A stretch of DNA of 53,971 bases, the filler included, from Bipalium vagum (Eukaryota): NCBI GenBank assembly GCA_037834085.1. It is 3 parts of 3 records of this genome, joined end to end, with 100 filler letters (N's around TTAATTAATTAA, not from the genome) between each part and the next. Parts side by side here need not be neighbours in the genome. Positions count along the whole stretch, not along the records: positions 18,486 to 36,215 come from JBBMKC010053697.1; positions 36,316 to 53,971 come from JBBMKC010051439.1; 1 more part is not named here. One strand, 5' to 3'. A program made the position numbers and the translations under genes. The notes beneath the pieces are model-generated. The model was given only the letters and a program-made list of their open reading frames with translations, was not told the origin of the DNA and did not search any database. The number at the start of each line of letters is the position of its first letter. Positions within the stretch are counted from its first letter, which is position 1. Below are positions 27,405 to 40,060 of this stretch, one piece after another.

Positions 27405-28409
27405 TTATCTTATAAAAAGAGAAAGAAATTTGTATCTAAAATAATGATGAATTAATAAATAAATTAACATTTTATACGACAAGCTGACCGAAATCAGATA
27501 AGCCAAAGAGTTGGTCAAAATGATAATTTGCGGTTTCCCGTAGATGCTGAGATCAGCGTCAAACAGTGTTATATATAATGTGAGAATGGTGGACGGCAGG
27601 TTCAATATCGACTCGAATACCGGCAGTAGAGCAATGGACCTGTTTGTTCTGACCCTTTGCAAAACTGGAAGGTTATGAGCATCATGGTGGTACATTTTCT
27701 CTGCCAACATTTTATGGGAATGCGGTCGTTGTCTGCGATATTTGGTGATTGATCTTCGGTTATTGTTTTGATTGATTCTTATGACAGGACCATAAACCAA
27801 CAGTCGGAATCCAATGCACAACGACAAAGTATATGGGATGATCTTAGCAAAATGAATATCGACTATTCTCCAATAATAGATAAAATGTCGCCAATCCGTA
27901 ACGGCCAGGCAGTACATTCCCGATCCAATGCCCATCATCCAAATCAAATGGAAATACGACACAATGGCGATGATGATTACTAGCGACAATGTCAACAGGA
28001 TTCTGCAGGTGTCGTTTGGACAACGAGAGGTTGTCAGGTCCATCATGTGGAAATAGATGTAGAGCAAGATCAGCCAGGCGCTGATGAAGTGGCAGCAAAA
28101 TTTGAGATAATATATAAAAGGACATGTCAATACTAAAAGAGAGTATTGAAGGGTCGAACTGACGGTTATCATTTGCGTAACGAAATTGGATAGAATTGCT
28201 ATATTATCAAACACGGACACCGACAAAAGGTACACGTCGACCGTGTGTATTATATGTTTGTCTGTATAAAAAATAAAGAAAACTACAGAATTGAGAGCGA
28301 TACCGATCGGTATCAGTATCATTTGGTAGATTAAAAAGTCCGAATCTCGATTGTAATTGATCTTGAGTCCGGGTTGATAGGTGGAAACTGAGGATGCCGA
28401 CAAATTCAT
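27405..28409 (-). CDS. Intronless divergent class A (rhodopsin-like) GPCR, peptide-receptor-like, 334 aa
   Basis: The longest ORF in the window, with seven hydrophobic segments. TM1 PIGIALN, TM2 VYLLSVSVFD, Cys before TM3 and in ECL2 (GMYC), TM3 SAWL, TM5 IIPY, TM6 LNLP, N-terminal NLS sequon. GC content is higher than in the flanks. Confidence 0.85.
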   Translation of the reverse strand: MNLSASSVSTYQPGLKINYNRDSDFLIYQMILIPIGIALNSVVFFIFYTDKHIIHTVDVYLLSVSVFDNIAILSNFVTQMITVSSTLQYSLLVLTCPFIYYLKFCCHFISAWLILLYIYFHMMDLTTSRCPNDTCRILLTLSLVIIIAIVSYFHLIWMMGIGSGMYCLAVTDWRHFIYYWRIVDIHFAKIIPYTLSLCIGFRLLVYGPVIRINQNNNRRSITKYRRQRPHSHKMLAEKMYHHDAHNLPVLQRVRTNRSIALLPVFESILNLPSTILTLYITLFDADLSIYGKPQIIILTNSLAYLISVSLSYKMLIYLLIHHYFRYKFLSLFIR

Positions 28410-28689
28410 TTGTGAATGTGGAAAGATGGACGTTTTGAATTATTATTTATTTTATATTTTCCTGCATTGCGATTGGCTGAATCGGTTTGGACTACGAAAA
28501 TTATATTTGTTCTAAAGATGTAAACAAAAATTGATTTTCTAGAAAAGTGGAGGGGGGACGTGGAAAATAATTTAATAATAATATCAATAAACTTTAATAA
28601 AGAAAACCAGAACTCATTTAGAACCAGGATGGTACTGTAAAATCTTTCCCCGATTTTCTGATGGGGGTTGGGTTTAATGAAACAAATTT

Positions 28690-29840
28690 AACAAAAATAT
28701 AGGAATCAAATATTTTGTTTTAATAGATAAAAAAAGAAATTTATTATCAAAACTTATTTAAGTAAAAAATCTTTCTTCTTTATTCTGAATAATTAAGGTG
28801 GTGGTAGTTGATTTAAACAAAAAAATAAACATGATTTATTAAAGAAGCGACTCTATAACAATTCTAAATTTAAAATAAGTACTTTTTATAAAATATATTT
28901 TCTAATATTAAAATAAATGAATATTAAAATATAAATAAATAAATAATTTTTATGGAAAATATTTTTATAATACTAAAATAAATAAATAAATAAAACTTTT
29001 AAATAAATAAAGGTAAATTTTATTTAATAAAGCATTACAAACTTTTTTGAAAATAATTATTTAAAGAGAAAATCTTTTTTTATTCTGATTTATTAAAGAG
29101 GGTTGTGGTTAATTTAAACAAAAAATAAACATGATTTATTTAAGCAGCGACTTTTAACCAATTGTAATTTTAAAATAGCTATTTTTATAAAATATAATTT
29201 CTAACATTAAAATAAATAAATAAATATTTTTTTATAAATAATATTTTCTAATATTAAAATAAATAAATTTATGTAAAAAACTAATAAATATTATTAAAAT
29301 ATAAATAAATTAATATTAACTTTACTAACTTTCAAATAAATAAATAAAGGGAAAATTTGTTTAAGTAAAGCATTAAAAACTTTTTTGTAAATAATTAATG
29401 AAACAGAAATTTTTTTATTCTGATTAATTAAGGAGGGTTGTGTTAATTTAAACAAAAAATTAACATGATTTATTTAAGCAGCAATTTTTAACCAGTCCTA
29501 TCTTTAAAATAACTATTTTTTTATAAACTATATNNNNNNNNNNNNNNNNNNNNNNNNNNNNNNNNNNNNNNNNNNNNNNNNNNNNNNNNNNNNNNNNNNN
29601 NNNNNNNNNNNNNNNNNNNNNNNNNNNNNNNNNNNNNNNNNNNNNNNNNNNNNNNNNNNNNNNNNNNNNNNNNNNNNNNNNNNNNNTAAATAAATAAAGA
29701 AAAATTTTGTTTTACTAAAGCATTAAAAATGTTGTTGTAAATAATTATTGAAAGAGAAAATCTTTCATTTTTTATTCTGATTTATTAAGGATGGCTGTGG
29801 TTAATTTAAACAAAAAATAAGCATGTTTTATTTGAGAAGC
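28690..29840. repeat. Tandem array of ~300-350 bp AT-rich units (at least 4 copies, interrupted by a gap)
   Basis: A conserved core tattctga.t.attaa.g.gg..gt.gtt.atttaaacaaaaaat.a.catg.tt.att..ag.agc recurs at about 28781, 29081, 29416 and 29773. Confidence 0.85.
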
Positions 29841-30799
29841 GGTTCTAAATCGGTTCTAACTTTACCAATTTTCTGCCTCTAAGCAAACATATAACCAACG
29901 TTGGGGTATGCCATCGTAAGATGTATTGATTTTTATCTCCAAAGTAACCCAGAGATAAATGGAGGAAACGTTGATAAGAATATTTCACTGTTGGAAATTT
30001 ACCAGTTAGAAAATGTTAAGATTCCTTTGTAGTTTCAGTTGGTATTGTGGGGATTTTTCCCACAAGGGCAAACATTTATAACGGTAATCGATTATCCTGA
30101 ATTTTGGACCAAAAAACTCGTCGTTTTTCCATACAATTTTCTCCTTGACTTTTTACTGTTTTCTCGTTCTGGGTCACTGCAGATGGAAAGTCTGCTAGAG
30201 CTCTACGACTCTCTCGTTTTCGAACTGTCGTTGTTTTCGAAATCCATTAGAAAAAGCGGTTCAAAAAGCCACTGCCTCGGATAATGAAAGAGTTTTGCTC
30301 TTTGAATGAGGGGAAACGCTTAAAAGCAGCTCAAGAGAGCAGAGCCGTACGGAATCGCCGAGCGGCTTCAATAATCTCTTTTTCATTAATTTTCGAACCC
30401 CGTCGTTTACTTTTTATCTTTAATTAAAAATATTTTAATGACTTTATGAACTGCGAAGTCTGCTCAAAACGGTTTTAAAGTCACTCTACTTTTCTTTGCT
30501 ACTAATCCCAGTGCTCAATCTTTTTGGTGGAGACTGATCTGTAAGATACGTTGGTTAATTAAATTCTACCCGCGACCTTTTTATTTCATTATAAATAATC
30601 AATCTACAGTTGACATCACCCGGTTAGGAGGATTCGTCAAGTATGATAATTCTTCGTGATACAAGAATTATAATAAGAAATCATGAAATTATATTGTACC
30701 AAGTCCGGAGGTTATCACTCTTAAAAAACAACAGCGATTTATTTCAAATCAAGGATGTGGTATCATTGATGTGGTCAGTCTAAGCTATTTGACTCGGTT

Positions 30800-31800
30800 C
30801 TGATTATGGGTTTTAACAAATATTCCGATGGTTGTTGTTATTGCACATTTTCCCACAATTTTAATAATGCCAGGTTTTTCTAAAGCCTAATGTCTAGAGT
30901 GCTTTGTAATTGGAAGGGATCCATGATTCTCGGTTCAGATTATAAAGATTCTCAAATTCAAGTTGAATTTTTGTTTCTTCAAATAGAATATGATATTTTT
31001 TGCTTGTTGATCCTTTATTACTTCTGACTGAGGCCGTCTCAATCAGTAGAGAATCTAGATGAATGCAACCTATGTATCATTAATTCTATATTTTCTTGGC
31101 TGAAAAATTGATGGTTTGTCGAGCCGTGTGAGAGCTGGTGCTGTCATAATGAAGAATAAATTATCGATTTCGATTGTAATCTTTAATTTTGGAAATCACT
31201 TGTGTTGAGAAAACTGTTGTAGAGCATTGAAAATTCTTTGATTCTCTAAAGTTATCATTTGCAGACATCTTTTTAAACTAAAGAGAAGTGTTGAAAGAAC
31301 CGGACAACTTTTGTTGCTTTGGATTGATATTAAACACCAAAACAGTGTCTAATTGCATACTATAAGGATTGTAAAAATAAATCTGCGTTTCACCACCATA
31401 ATTATGTTGTAAATTAAATTTCAAACATCTCTGTTAAAGTTCTGAATCACACTTAACAAGAATTTCTTTTTTAGAACTCAACGACTGCAAAGCTTTCAGA
31501 TTACCGTACAAACTGGTTTCAATTGCCTTCATGAAATACTAACGGGTACCTTCAATTCCCGATATGTGATTAGTCGATCTATTTCAATCATTTTACTATT
31601 TCACATAACATTAATATAATAAGTGATTGAGACGTTGACCGACGGACCTTAATAAATATCTTCTCATGACGTGCATTCAAACTCGAATTCTGCGAACTAT
31701 TTATAAACGAAGCTCTTTGATGCAGTTTCAAAAATAAATGAAGTCAATCTGAACATTGCTTCAGTCATATTTAAAATCATAGTAAGTCATCGAATGATAA
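30800..31800 (-). mobile_element. Decayed mariner-like transposase
   Basis: - strand remnants VYK*FAEFEF, IEIDRLITYREL and GGETQIYFYNP (GDETWIY-like). Confidence 0.6.
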
Positions 31801-32366
31801 TTCTCTCGTTTAAAAATCTTATTTGACATATATTCTAGATTTATTTCATTGATTTATAATAATTCAATGTTCAATTTTATGATTATGTTATGTTATTAAA
31901 ACGTTTATGATCAGTTAAGGAAACTCGGATATCATTTTATGCACCTCATTCTACAAACTTTCCCAGCACTCCACATACAAATTTTGAGGTTATTCAAAAT
32001 AAAAATTTCAAAACATTATTGACCAAAATATTTTATAAGAATTAAAAATTAACAACGATAACGCTGGTCATCAAAAATAACTTTTTTCCCATCATACATA
32101 ACAGTGGTGTTTTTCTTATTCTTCAAGAGGTTTCTTTATGAAAAACCAGCTTCCTTTCGGCTACTGGGATCCGACAATAGAGCAACATGACCGTTCGTTA
32201 CCTGTTTATGTAATGCAACCAGGTTCTTTGAATCTTCGACTATTTAAGTAAAATTGAAATTACATAGTATTCCACGGTTTTTTATTTCTTTATATATTTT
32301 AAGATAATTCTTTTTCATTACTTCATCAGTTAAAGAATGCAGTTATCATTTCCATGGAAAGGGACA

Positions 32367-32376
32367 TAATAATAAT

Positions 32377-32418
<42 letters not shown>
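32367..32418. repeat. (AAT)n microsatellite, imperfect
   Basis: Directly visible. Confidence 0.85.
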
Positions 32419-32814
32419 TCACTCTCAGAAACGCAAGATTGATTTGAAAACACTTTGTTTGTTATTAGGCTGAAATTTTGCTCGATTCCCTTGAATTATT
32501 TATTAAAAATTAAAACAAACAATTAAACAAGTTAAAATTACCAAAAGAAGCTTCTTTTATTGCATTGCACATCGCGCAGTAACATAAAAATCTGTCTTCT
32601 AAAATATTTAATAAAATAATTTCTTGAAAATTTTTCGCAACTTTTTAAAATTTAATATATCACAAACTTTTTTCATGTTACTTTTTGTATCATGTTTTTT
32701 AAAACTGAAATGACTATCTAGTATCATTTTTTATCGTTCTAGCCAATCAAATATCAACTTTGACTGAGTCTGTCAAAACAAAAAATGGTCATTTTATTGC
32801 AAATTGTCTAAGGA

Positions 32815-32925
32815 CGCAAATTATGTTCATCGAACTGTCAACCATAAGAAGAATTTTGTTGACATGAGGACTTGAGCTTACACACGAAAAATTGAGTCGA
32901 TTTGGGGAAAACTAAAGAAATGAAG
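32815..32925 (+). mobile_element. Merlin (IS1595-like) transposase C-terminal fragment
   Basis: NYVHRTVNHKKNFVDMRT*AYTRKIESIWGKLK matches the Merlin HxTVNHxxNFVDPxTGAHTQxIESxW motif. Confidence 0.75.
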
Positions 32926-33169
32926 AGTCTACTGTGATGTCTTGGACTCATATCTAAATGAATCGACAAAAAATTCAATTGGAAAATTGCCAATCAGTTT
33001 TTTACTTAATAAATTTGTGTTCCTTATTTTTTTTATAATAAAAACAAGCATTTTTTGACCGTTCTATTTCATCAAGTATTATTTTGACAGAAACATTTTT
33101 AATTTGTGCTCAAAATTTACTGGCCCTTTCACTTATATTATTAAATGAATGAATCAAAATAATTACACA

Positions 33170-33560
33170 AGAGATATTGTTCTCTTACGAAATGACAGTA
33201 AAACAATGCTAGAATCACGAAATGTTAACACCACTTATTAAAAATATCAAACAACGAGTCTCAAGCAATCACAGCAATAAAAATGATCAGTGATAACTGA
33301 ATCAATAAAGGAAACTAATCGAAATAGCAACAAAATTGGCCAAATATTGTCAACGTAAACGATCGAATTGTCTAAAAGCAAGTAGGTGTAAATAAATGAA
33401 TTTTTAAAATCAATTATTCAAAATCCAATAAACAATAATCAAACTGATCGAATAAATGTTAATTAAGAAAAAGAAATATTGATTAGCAAGAAACGACTCA
33501 CCAACCGCTGGCGATGGATCCCTGGTAATGGTTGACAGGCTCAAGCCGGTACGCCTCTAG
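33170..33560 (+). mobile_element. Possible Gypsy/Ty3 integrase C-terminal remnant
   Basis: DIVLLRNDSKTMLES and VMVDRLKP resemble the GDxVxxR...L and VSxDRLKP tail of Gypsy integrases. Short and fragmentary. Confidence 0.4.
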
Positions 33561-34859
33561 ACGACCGACCAGGATAGATCTATCGGAGAATCCTATCGCA
33601 TCATAATAAAAGTCAATTAATCTAAAAGGAGAAATTTCCATTCTTTCGACAATAAATATAATCTTAAATTATAATCAATATTAAAAAATGTTGCAACCCC
33701 AATTTCTTTATCTGACAGTCCATAGAAGGCTCTATTCCTTTTATATTGGTCACCCGACGACTCAGACGTTGGTCAATTTATAATTGTGGTACGTCTGCCA
33801 CCCCTCCCTCAATTTAAGTACGATAATGTGATAAATTGATATTTTTTAATTTTTAAAATTATTATTATTATTATTATGATTATTATTATTAGTCAGGCCC
33901 TATTACGGGTTTTACTAATTCCATTTTTAAACTTAATAGGGTCGTGCCTTTGACAAACGCAAAATTTACAATAAATACTTTAAATAAATCATTAAAAAGT
34001 GATATCCAATTTTCAGTCGAAACCTGGTTCGCGCACTTGGATAAATGAATATTATCAAAACTTTTAATATTGAATTCTCGACAAAATAATTAGGGAAAAT
34101 TATGAAGAGCAAAACGAATTTTATAATTCCTTTAATAAAAATCATTCTTTCTCTAAACTTTTACTAATTATTGGGTTCTTGAAATTAGACATCTTTTTAG
34201 CCCGGAGTAATTAGAAAATATTAATATAAATATGTTGATAAAATAGTTTTATTATTAATAAAAATAATAATATATTAATGATGATAATATTAACAATATG
34301 ATTATTAATAATAATAATTTTTAAAAGCAGAATTAAATAATAATAAAATCAATAATAAATATATAATATTTGATAATANNNNNNNNNNNNNNNNNNNNNN
34401 NNNNNNNNNNNNNNNNNNNNNNNNNNNNNNNNNNNNNNNNNNNNNNNNNNNNNNNNNNNNNNNNNNNNNNNNNNNNNNNNNNNNNNNNNNNNNNNNNNNN
34501 NNNNNNNNNNNNNNNNNNNNNNNNATAATAAAATTCAACAACAATTTTATTAGAAACACAAAAAATAAAAATTTATAATAATAATAATTATTTGTTTAAT
34601 AATTAAACAGGAAGCAGTACACATGTTACATTAATTATACAGTCTTCAACATCAATTATTCGATGGGATTCTTTAGAAAATAATTATAACTCAGGCAAAA
34701 ATGTAATCGTAATTGAAATATAGTATTAGAAAAATTTTATTTTATAAATGTAATATCGTAATATTTTTGAGAGCGCGCGCGTAATCTAATTATATTATAC
34801 GGTTAATAGCTTAAAAAAAGTGATTATTATTTTTTGACGTTGTTTGGGAAATATCGTGG

Positions 34860-35070
34860 AAAAGAAATTGGAAACTCATGACTCGAGGTCTGCTAGGGAG
34901 AAAGACATATATGTATAATGTCTGCTGAGCGGGGTTTCGAGTCTTCAGAAAGTATTCCGTACTGAAAGGAGAGAAGGCCACGTTGAAAGAGTCTGGACGT
35001 CCTACTCCATCAGATAATTATGAAAATCATTAGGAAAATATTTTTTGCAGCGATACAGAAGTAAAAGTAC
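34860..35070 (+). mobile_element. Mariner HTH fragment
   Basis: Remnant MSAERGFE... and ESGRPTPS followed by IFCSDTEV (SGRPST / SDRR-like). Confidence 0.45.
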
Positions 35071-36109
35071 TTGAAAGTTGATATTTGTGATTTCAATTTC
35101 TTTTTGAATTAATTAATTAATTTTTAATAATTATAAATTATTTTTAATTAATAAAAAAGTTAAAAAGATATGGGAAAACTGAAATCCACCTAACAGTGTT
35201 TTTATTGTTTCTTTTTGTGTTTTTGGTTACCTAATCGTACTAGAAGACTGAAACAGAGAAAAATGTAAAATAATTAAAATTTTCATTGTGACTTTCTTTA
35301 GTTTTCCGCAATTCGGGTATTTCTTGACTTTGGACAACATACCCCATCCATTTAATTTCTGTAAAAGTTTCTCCTTGTTTTTAGAAAACGCGTGCAGTTG
35401 AACAAGCGTAATTACCACATTCCAGTCTCAAAATGGTTATTTATATTGTCTAACATATTTCTAAAACTTTTAAATGAATGCTGCCAGTTTCATTTATAAA
35501 TTTAAATATTTGAACAAAACCTAATTTTTAAGTTCTTAAAAATATTTAAAGCAACTGGCAAAAACTTTATTTTTAATATTAAAAAAATTTAAATTAAATT
35601 TGTTAAAACAAAATAATAATATAAAAACAAATTTTGAATAATAAATTTGAAGGAAATAATAATAATAATATTATCTGTTGATTATTTATTCTTTGTTCCA
35701 TGAAATGACTCAGTGATTTATGATTGTTGAAAAAGTCTAATTATAGGTTTTGTATCTTCTTCACCTTCATATGTTCAAAAAAAAATAATGTTGCTTCAAA
35801 AATTTTAATAATATAATTCAGAATGAATTAAGAATACTAAAAAAATATGAAACAAATTTTAAATTGCCACCAATCAACAGTATTAAAAAACCCGTAAAAT
35901 CAAACATCAGACATACTTTCGTTCTATAAAGTTAACGTAGCCAACGTTTTAATTGAAAATAATTTTAAATCAAAAAGAGAGAATCAATTAAAAAGCAGAA
36001 TATCGGAAATCAATCAAATTGAAAAAAGCCATATTTTAATGATTTCAAATAATTTTGTAAATCAAACAAATCGTTGTAAATTAAATTAAAATCAATATTA
36101 AATCTATTT

Positions 36110-36142
<33 letters not shown>

Positions 36143-36215
36143 TTGGGCTGAAAAGTCCTTAGAATGGAACCGAAAAAATTTAAATATTGAAATGATATTT
36201 TGGATAATTATTATT

Positions 36216-36315
36216 NNNNNNNNNNNNNNNNNNNNNNNNNNNNNNNNNNNNNNNNNNNNTTAATTAATTAANNNNNNNNNNNNNNNNNNNNNNNNNNNNN
36301 NNNNNNNNNNNNNNN
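36216..36315. other. Assembly gap with artificial TTAATTAATTAA spacer
   Basis: Same 44N-12mer-44N construct as at 18386-18485. Confidence 0.9.
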
Positions 36316-36974
36316 ACTGAATCACTAAATGATCATCAAAATGTTTAAAATCACTAATGTTAATGTTTTGAGGATTTGGATTGTTTTGGAATTGAAGTTG
36401 TTGGGGGATTTGATTGAATTTGTTTTGGAATCGAAGGTGGGAGTCTCCACAATATATTATGAAAGGCTTACCAAATTTCATATAACGATTTAACTGATCC
36501 AAATTGTTTTGTTTCTCAATACTATGCCATTTTTCCGGAATATGTAGCTTATCGGTTAGATTTTGATTTTAATTGCTTGTTCTTGACTTATATAATTTTG
36601 CCTATTTCCTTTAATGATTTGATAGCTACTGATTAATCGTTGATATCCGTTTTCTGAAATTTTCTCGTGTTATACAACTTTTCTCTCGTTGAATATTTAT
36701 TGTCGTCGTATTGTCGTCTTGTTGTTGTGTGTCTTTCTGTTTTTAATCTCGGGTTTATATACCCGTTTTTTATTATACAATTTATTTAAAGTAACTTTTT
36801 GTTACTATTTTTAGATCACATCAATATTTTCTTTCTATAAATAATTTTAACTTAAATATTTTTATATTAATTCTATTAATTCTTAATATTTTAATTTTTT
36901 ACAAATTTTTATATTTTTAAAAGCTGACTCATTGAATATGATTAATAATAATAATAATTAATTAATTATATATT

Positions 36975-37928
36975 CAGTTGGTATATTCAGATGGTATATT
37001 CAGTGCAATTCAAGAAGTAGAAGACGGCCATTGTTGAAAGAAATAGATCAACAACAATTGGTAAGGATTGTCAAAAGAAATCAATGCACGTCACTTCGAC
37101 AGATCACAATAGATTACAACACCGGTACTGAACAACCTGCTATTGTCAGGACTATACAATGCAATCTTCATAAACTTGGATTTCATGGTCAAGCAGGTGT
37201 TCGGAAGCCCTTTATAACTGAAAAAAATAGAAAGCAATGCCTTAATGGTTTAAGGAGAGACAAAACTGGACGTTGGAACAAGTACACAGAGTGATTTGGA
37301 TTGATAACTTTCGTTTCACTTTATTTCAAAGCGATGGAAGACTTTTGGTGTGGAGGAAAGATAATGAGAAATATATAGTTGGGTGTCAGTTTCCAACTTT
37401 TAAACATTCAGGTGGGTCACTTATGTTCTGGGGTTGCAGTACTGCAAATAACCCTTTGGTAAAATGTAGTAACTCAATGAAATCTCCATAGTAACAAAGC
37501 CGTACTTAATTCAAATATGTTACCTTTATAGATAATTTGGTGAGCCAATTTTCCAACATGACCTTTGACTTGTACATATCGCTAGAATCATTGAAACGTT
37601 CTTGTTAAAATCCAACATTTCAATCATTCAGTGGATACTGTAAAGCCTAGATCTTTATCCCATTGAATGGCTTTGGGATTAGATGGAAAAGCATATTTGA
37701 CGAAAACTTGCAAAGCCTGCCTCTCTAGTTGATTTGGAAGAATAGCAAAAATTACCTTCAAACATTCTGAAAAATATAGTAGATAATATGCCTCACAGAG
37801 TAAAAGCTGTCATTAAGGCGAAAGGTTATTCTACACCATATTAAATATTATTTTTTGTACTATTCTATGTATCATCTTTGTAAACTTGTATAAATAAATA
37901 AATGGTCTTGGAATTTTGTTTTGTATTG
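36975..37928 (+). mobile_element. Decayed Tc1 (DD34E) element
   Basis: VRTIQCNLHKLGFHGQAGVRKPFIT (Tc1 HTH/RKP), RVIWIDNFRFTLFQSDGRLLVWR, SLMFWGC, SLDLYPIEWLWD, NMPHRVKAVIKAKGYSTPY*. Frameshifted. Confidence 0.9.
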
Positions 37929-37929
37929 A

Positions 37930-40060
37930 AATCATCTTCCGTTTGAATCATAAGGATAAATTCCTTTCATAATATGTTAAACTATATTCTTTTAAAATTT
38001 TACAGTCTTCTTCTGCTAAAGTTGATCCCATAAATTCTAAACTATATGGTGTAAAAAATCTAAATGCGTCTAAAGTTCTTATGCAACCAATTTGTAGAGA
38101 AATATATTCTTCATCAGTCTTAGAAAATATATTTAATTTTTTCTGTTTTAAATATTCTGATTTAAAAAATTCTTTAAATATTAAATGAATATCATATTTA
38201 GATCCATTATAGAAATATAAAGGAATACATTTAGTATATTTTGCTCGAGGATTACATTTATTATGCACAGCACCTCTATATTTTCCATTTAAATGATCAT
38301 GATCTCTAACTTTTTTTCTTCCTTCTTCTTATCAATACTTTTAGAGTTAAAACTTCGCTTACTTCTTCGTTATAAATAAATTCTTTTTCACAATAATGAC
38401 ATGCTTTTGAATTTCTATAATTATTTTCAACTTCTTCAGACATATATATTTTTATATTTGTTTTTAATAATTCTTCAAATTTAAAATTTATATCTTCAAC
38501 ATATTCAACAAATTTTATCGCTGAATCTTCTCCAAATTATTCTACATATTTTGATTTGAATAAATCTAGATAATTTAATATAATATATTTGATATAATAT
38601 AAATTCCAAAACACATAATTTCTTGTTTAAAAAGTTTTTCAATTGATAATGGAATATCATTACAAATTTTTCTTGTTCATCTTTTGTAAATTTCTTTTCT
38701 CCTGAAATATTATAAGCTTCAAAATCTACATATATTGAAAATGGAACTTTATTTTCATAATGAAATTTATCGAATTCTAAATATTCTTTTTCAGGAAAAG
38801 TAATTTTTGCTGGTTTATGTTGTCTGCAATCTAAATTGAGATGTTTTTCTAATGCATGTGAAGTTTGAAAGGAACATTAACAATTCAAACAAGGAAATGA
38901 TTTCTGTTTATTTGTTTGATTTAAAAAGGTTGAAAGATCTTTACATAATACAAAATGAATAAATGGTGCCGAATCGTCATTATTCACTTTAACATTTCAA
39001 GAATAAAAGAATAAATTTGTATAATGAATAAAATTTCCATAATCATCTTCAATTGTTAATGGTTTCCAATTTAAATGTTCAATATAAATTTGTTTTATTT
39101 CTTTATATTTATCAACTGAAAAATCATTTACTTTATGAAAGGATTTTGATTATTAAATTTTTTAATATCAACTAAATTCATAGGAAAATTAATTTCATTC
39201 AAATTATGTGGAAATTCAGGGTTGTTTTGCGCAGGAAACATTGAAGCTAATACTGACCAAACAAAACAATATTGATCTTCATTTTTAATATTAAGTATAG
39301 ATTTTGAATCAAAAGGTAATTCAATATAACTTCCTACATGTGCTGTTTTGTACTCAGTACTTAATAATGATATTTTATTTACTTCAACGATTACTAATCC
39401 ACTTCCTTGCTGAAATATTTCATCCAAATTATTTCTGATGTCTTCTTGTTTTGTTACAATTTTACGATGATTAGCAACAAAGTATTTTTAAAATATTCCT
39501 TGAGGATCTAAATAAGTACAAGTTAAATGAATTTGCATTTTAAAAGAGTTAATATTTTCAAAATAGTCATTGGTTAATTTTTCAAATATGTTAAACAAAC
39601 TAACTGGAATTTCTTGAATTTTAGATTCTTCTCCTTTATAAATTCTTTTGAATTTAGATAATTCGGATCTTCTAAATAAATGTGTCCTTTCTAAATTATT
39701 TTCTCAGAAATGTTGAAAATTTAGATTTTGTGTAAAATTTAGATTTTGTAAATTTCTCTGTTTTTCTACATTTATTCTTCCTTATTTTAATGTCGATTTA
39801 AATAATGTTGTTTTGTAGTAGAAAAATTACAATTTTTTTTCTGTGGAAGCTATGCGCACCAAAAATGTTATAGCCGAAGGCTCGCTTTTGAGAGAGAGCG
39901 GAGCTCTTAACACCGAAAATGTTGCAAAGCTCGGATTTACACGTTCTAAATGTTTTTTATTCGTTTTAAGGACTTCCAAAACCTTTAGAATTTTTGAAAG
40001 AAACATTGCACATATTACAGTAATAAAACGAAGGCGTATTTTGCATTTTATATTTTTCAT
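37930..40060 (-). pseudogene. Polinton/Maverick (adintovirus-like) protein-primed DNA polymerase B, N-terminal half, pseudogenised
   Basis: Collinear - strand motifs: YCNMCN zinc finger; QGSG...GSYIELP...ILNIKNEDQYCFVWSVLA; HFVLCKDLS...CLNC...LEKH; VPFSIYVDFE; CHYCEK...VRDHDHLNGKYRGAVHNKCN (endonuclease VII-like); YNGSKYDIHLI; LDAFRF; KGIYPYD. Truncated at the Tc1 element. Confidence 0.85.

Noticed and set aside
28781-29840. Repeat-spacer-like periodicity suggesting a CRISPR array
   Set aside because: The units are ~300-350 bp with homologous, not unique, intervening sequence. The context is eukaryotic and there are no cas genes.
34305-34559. ORF spanning an N run (also 36260-36502 in part)
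   Set aside because: Open only because of gap characters.
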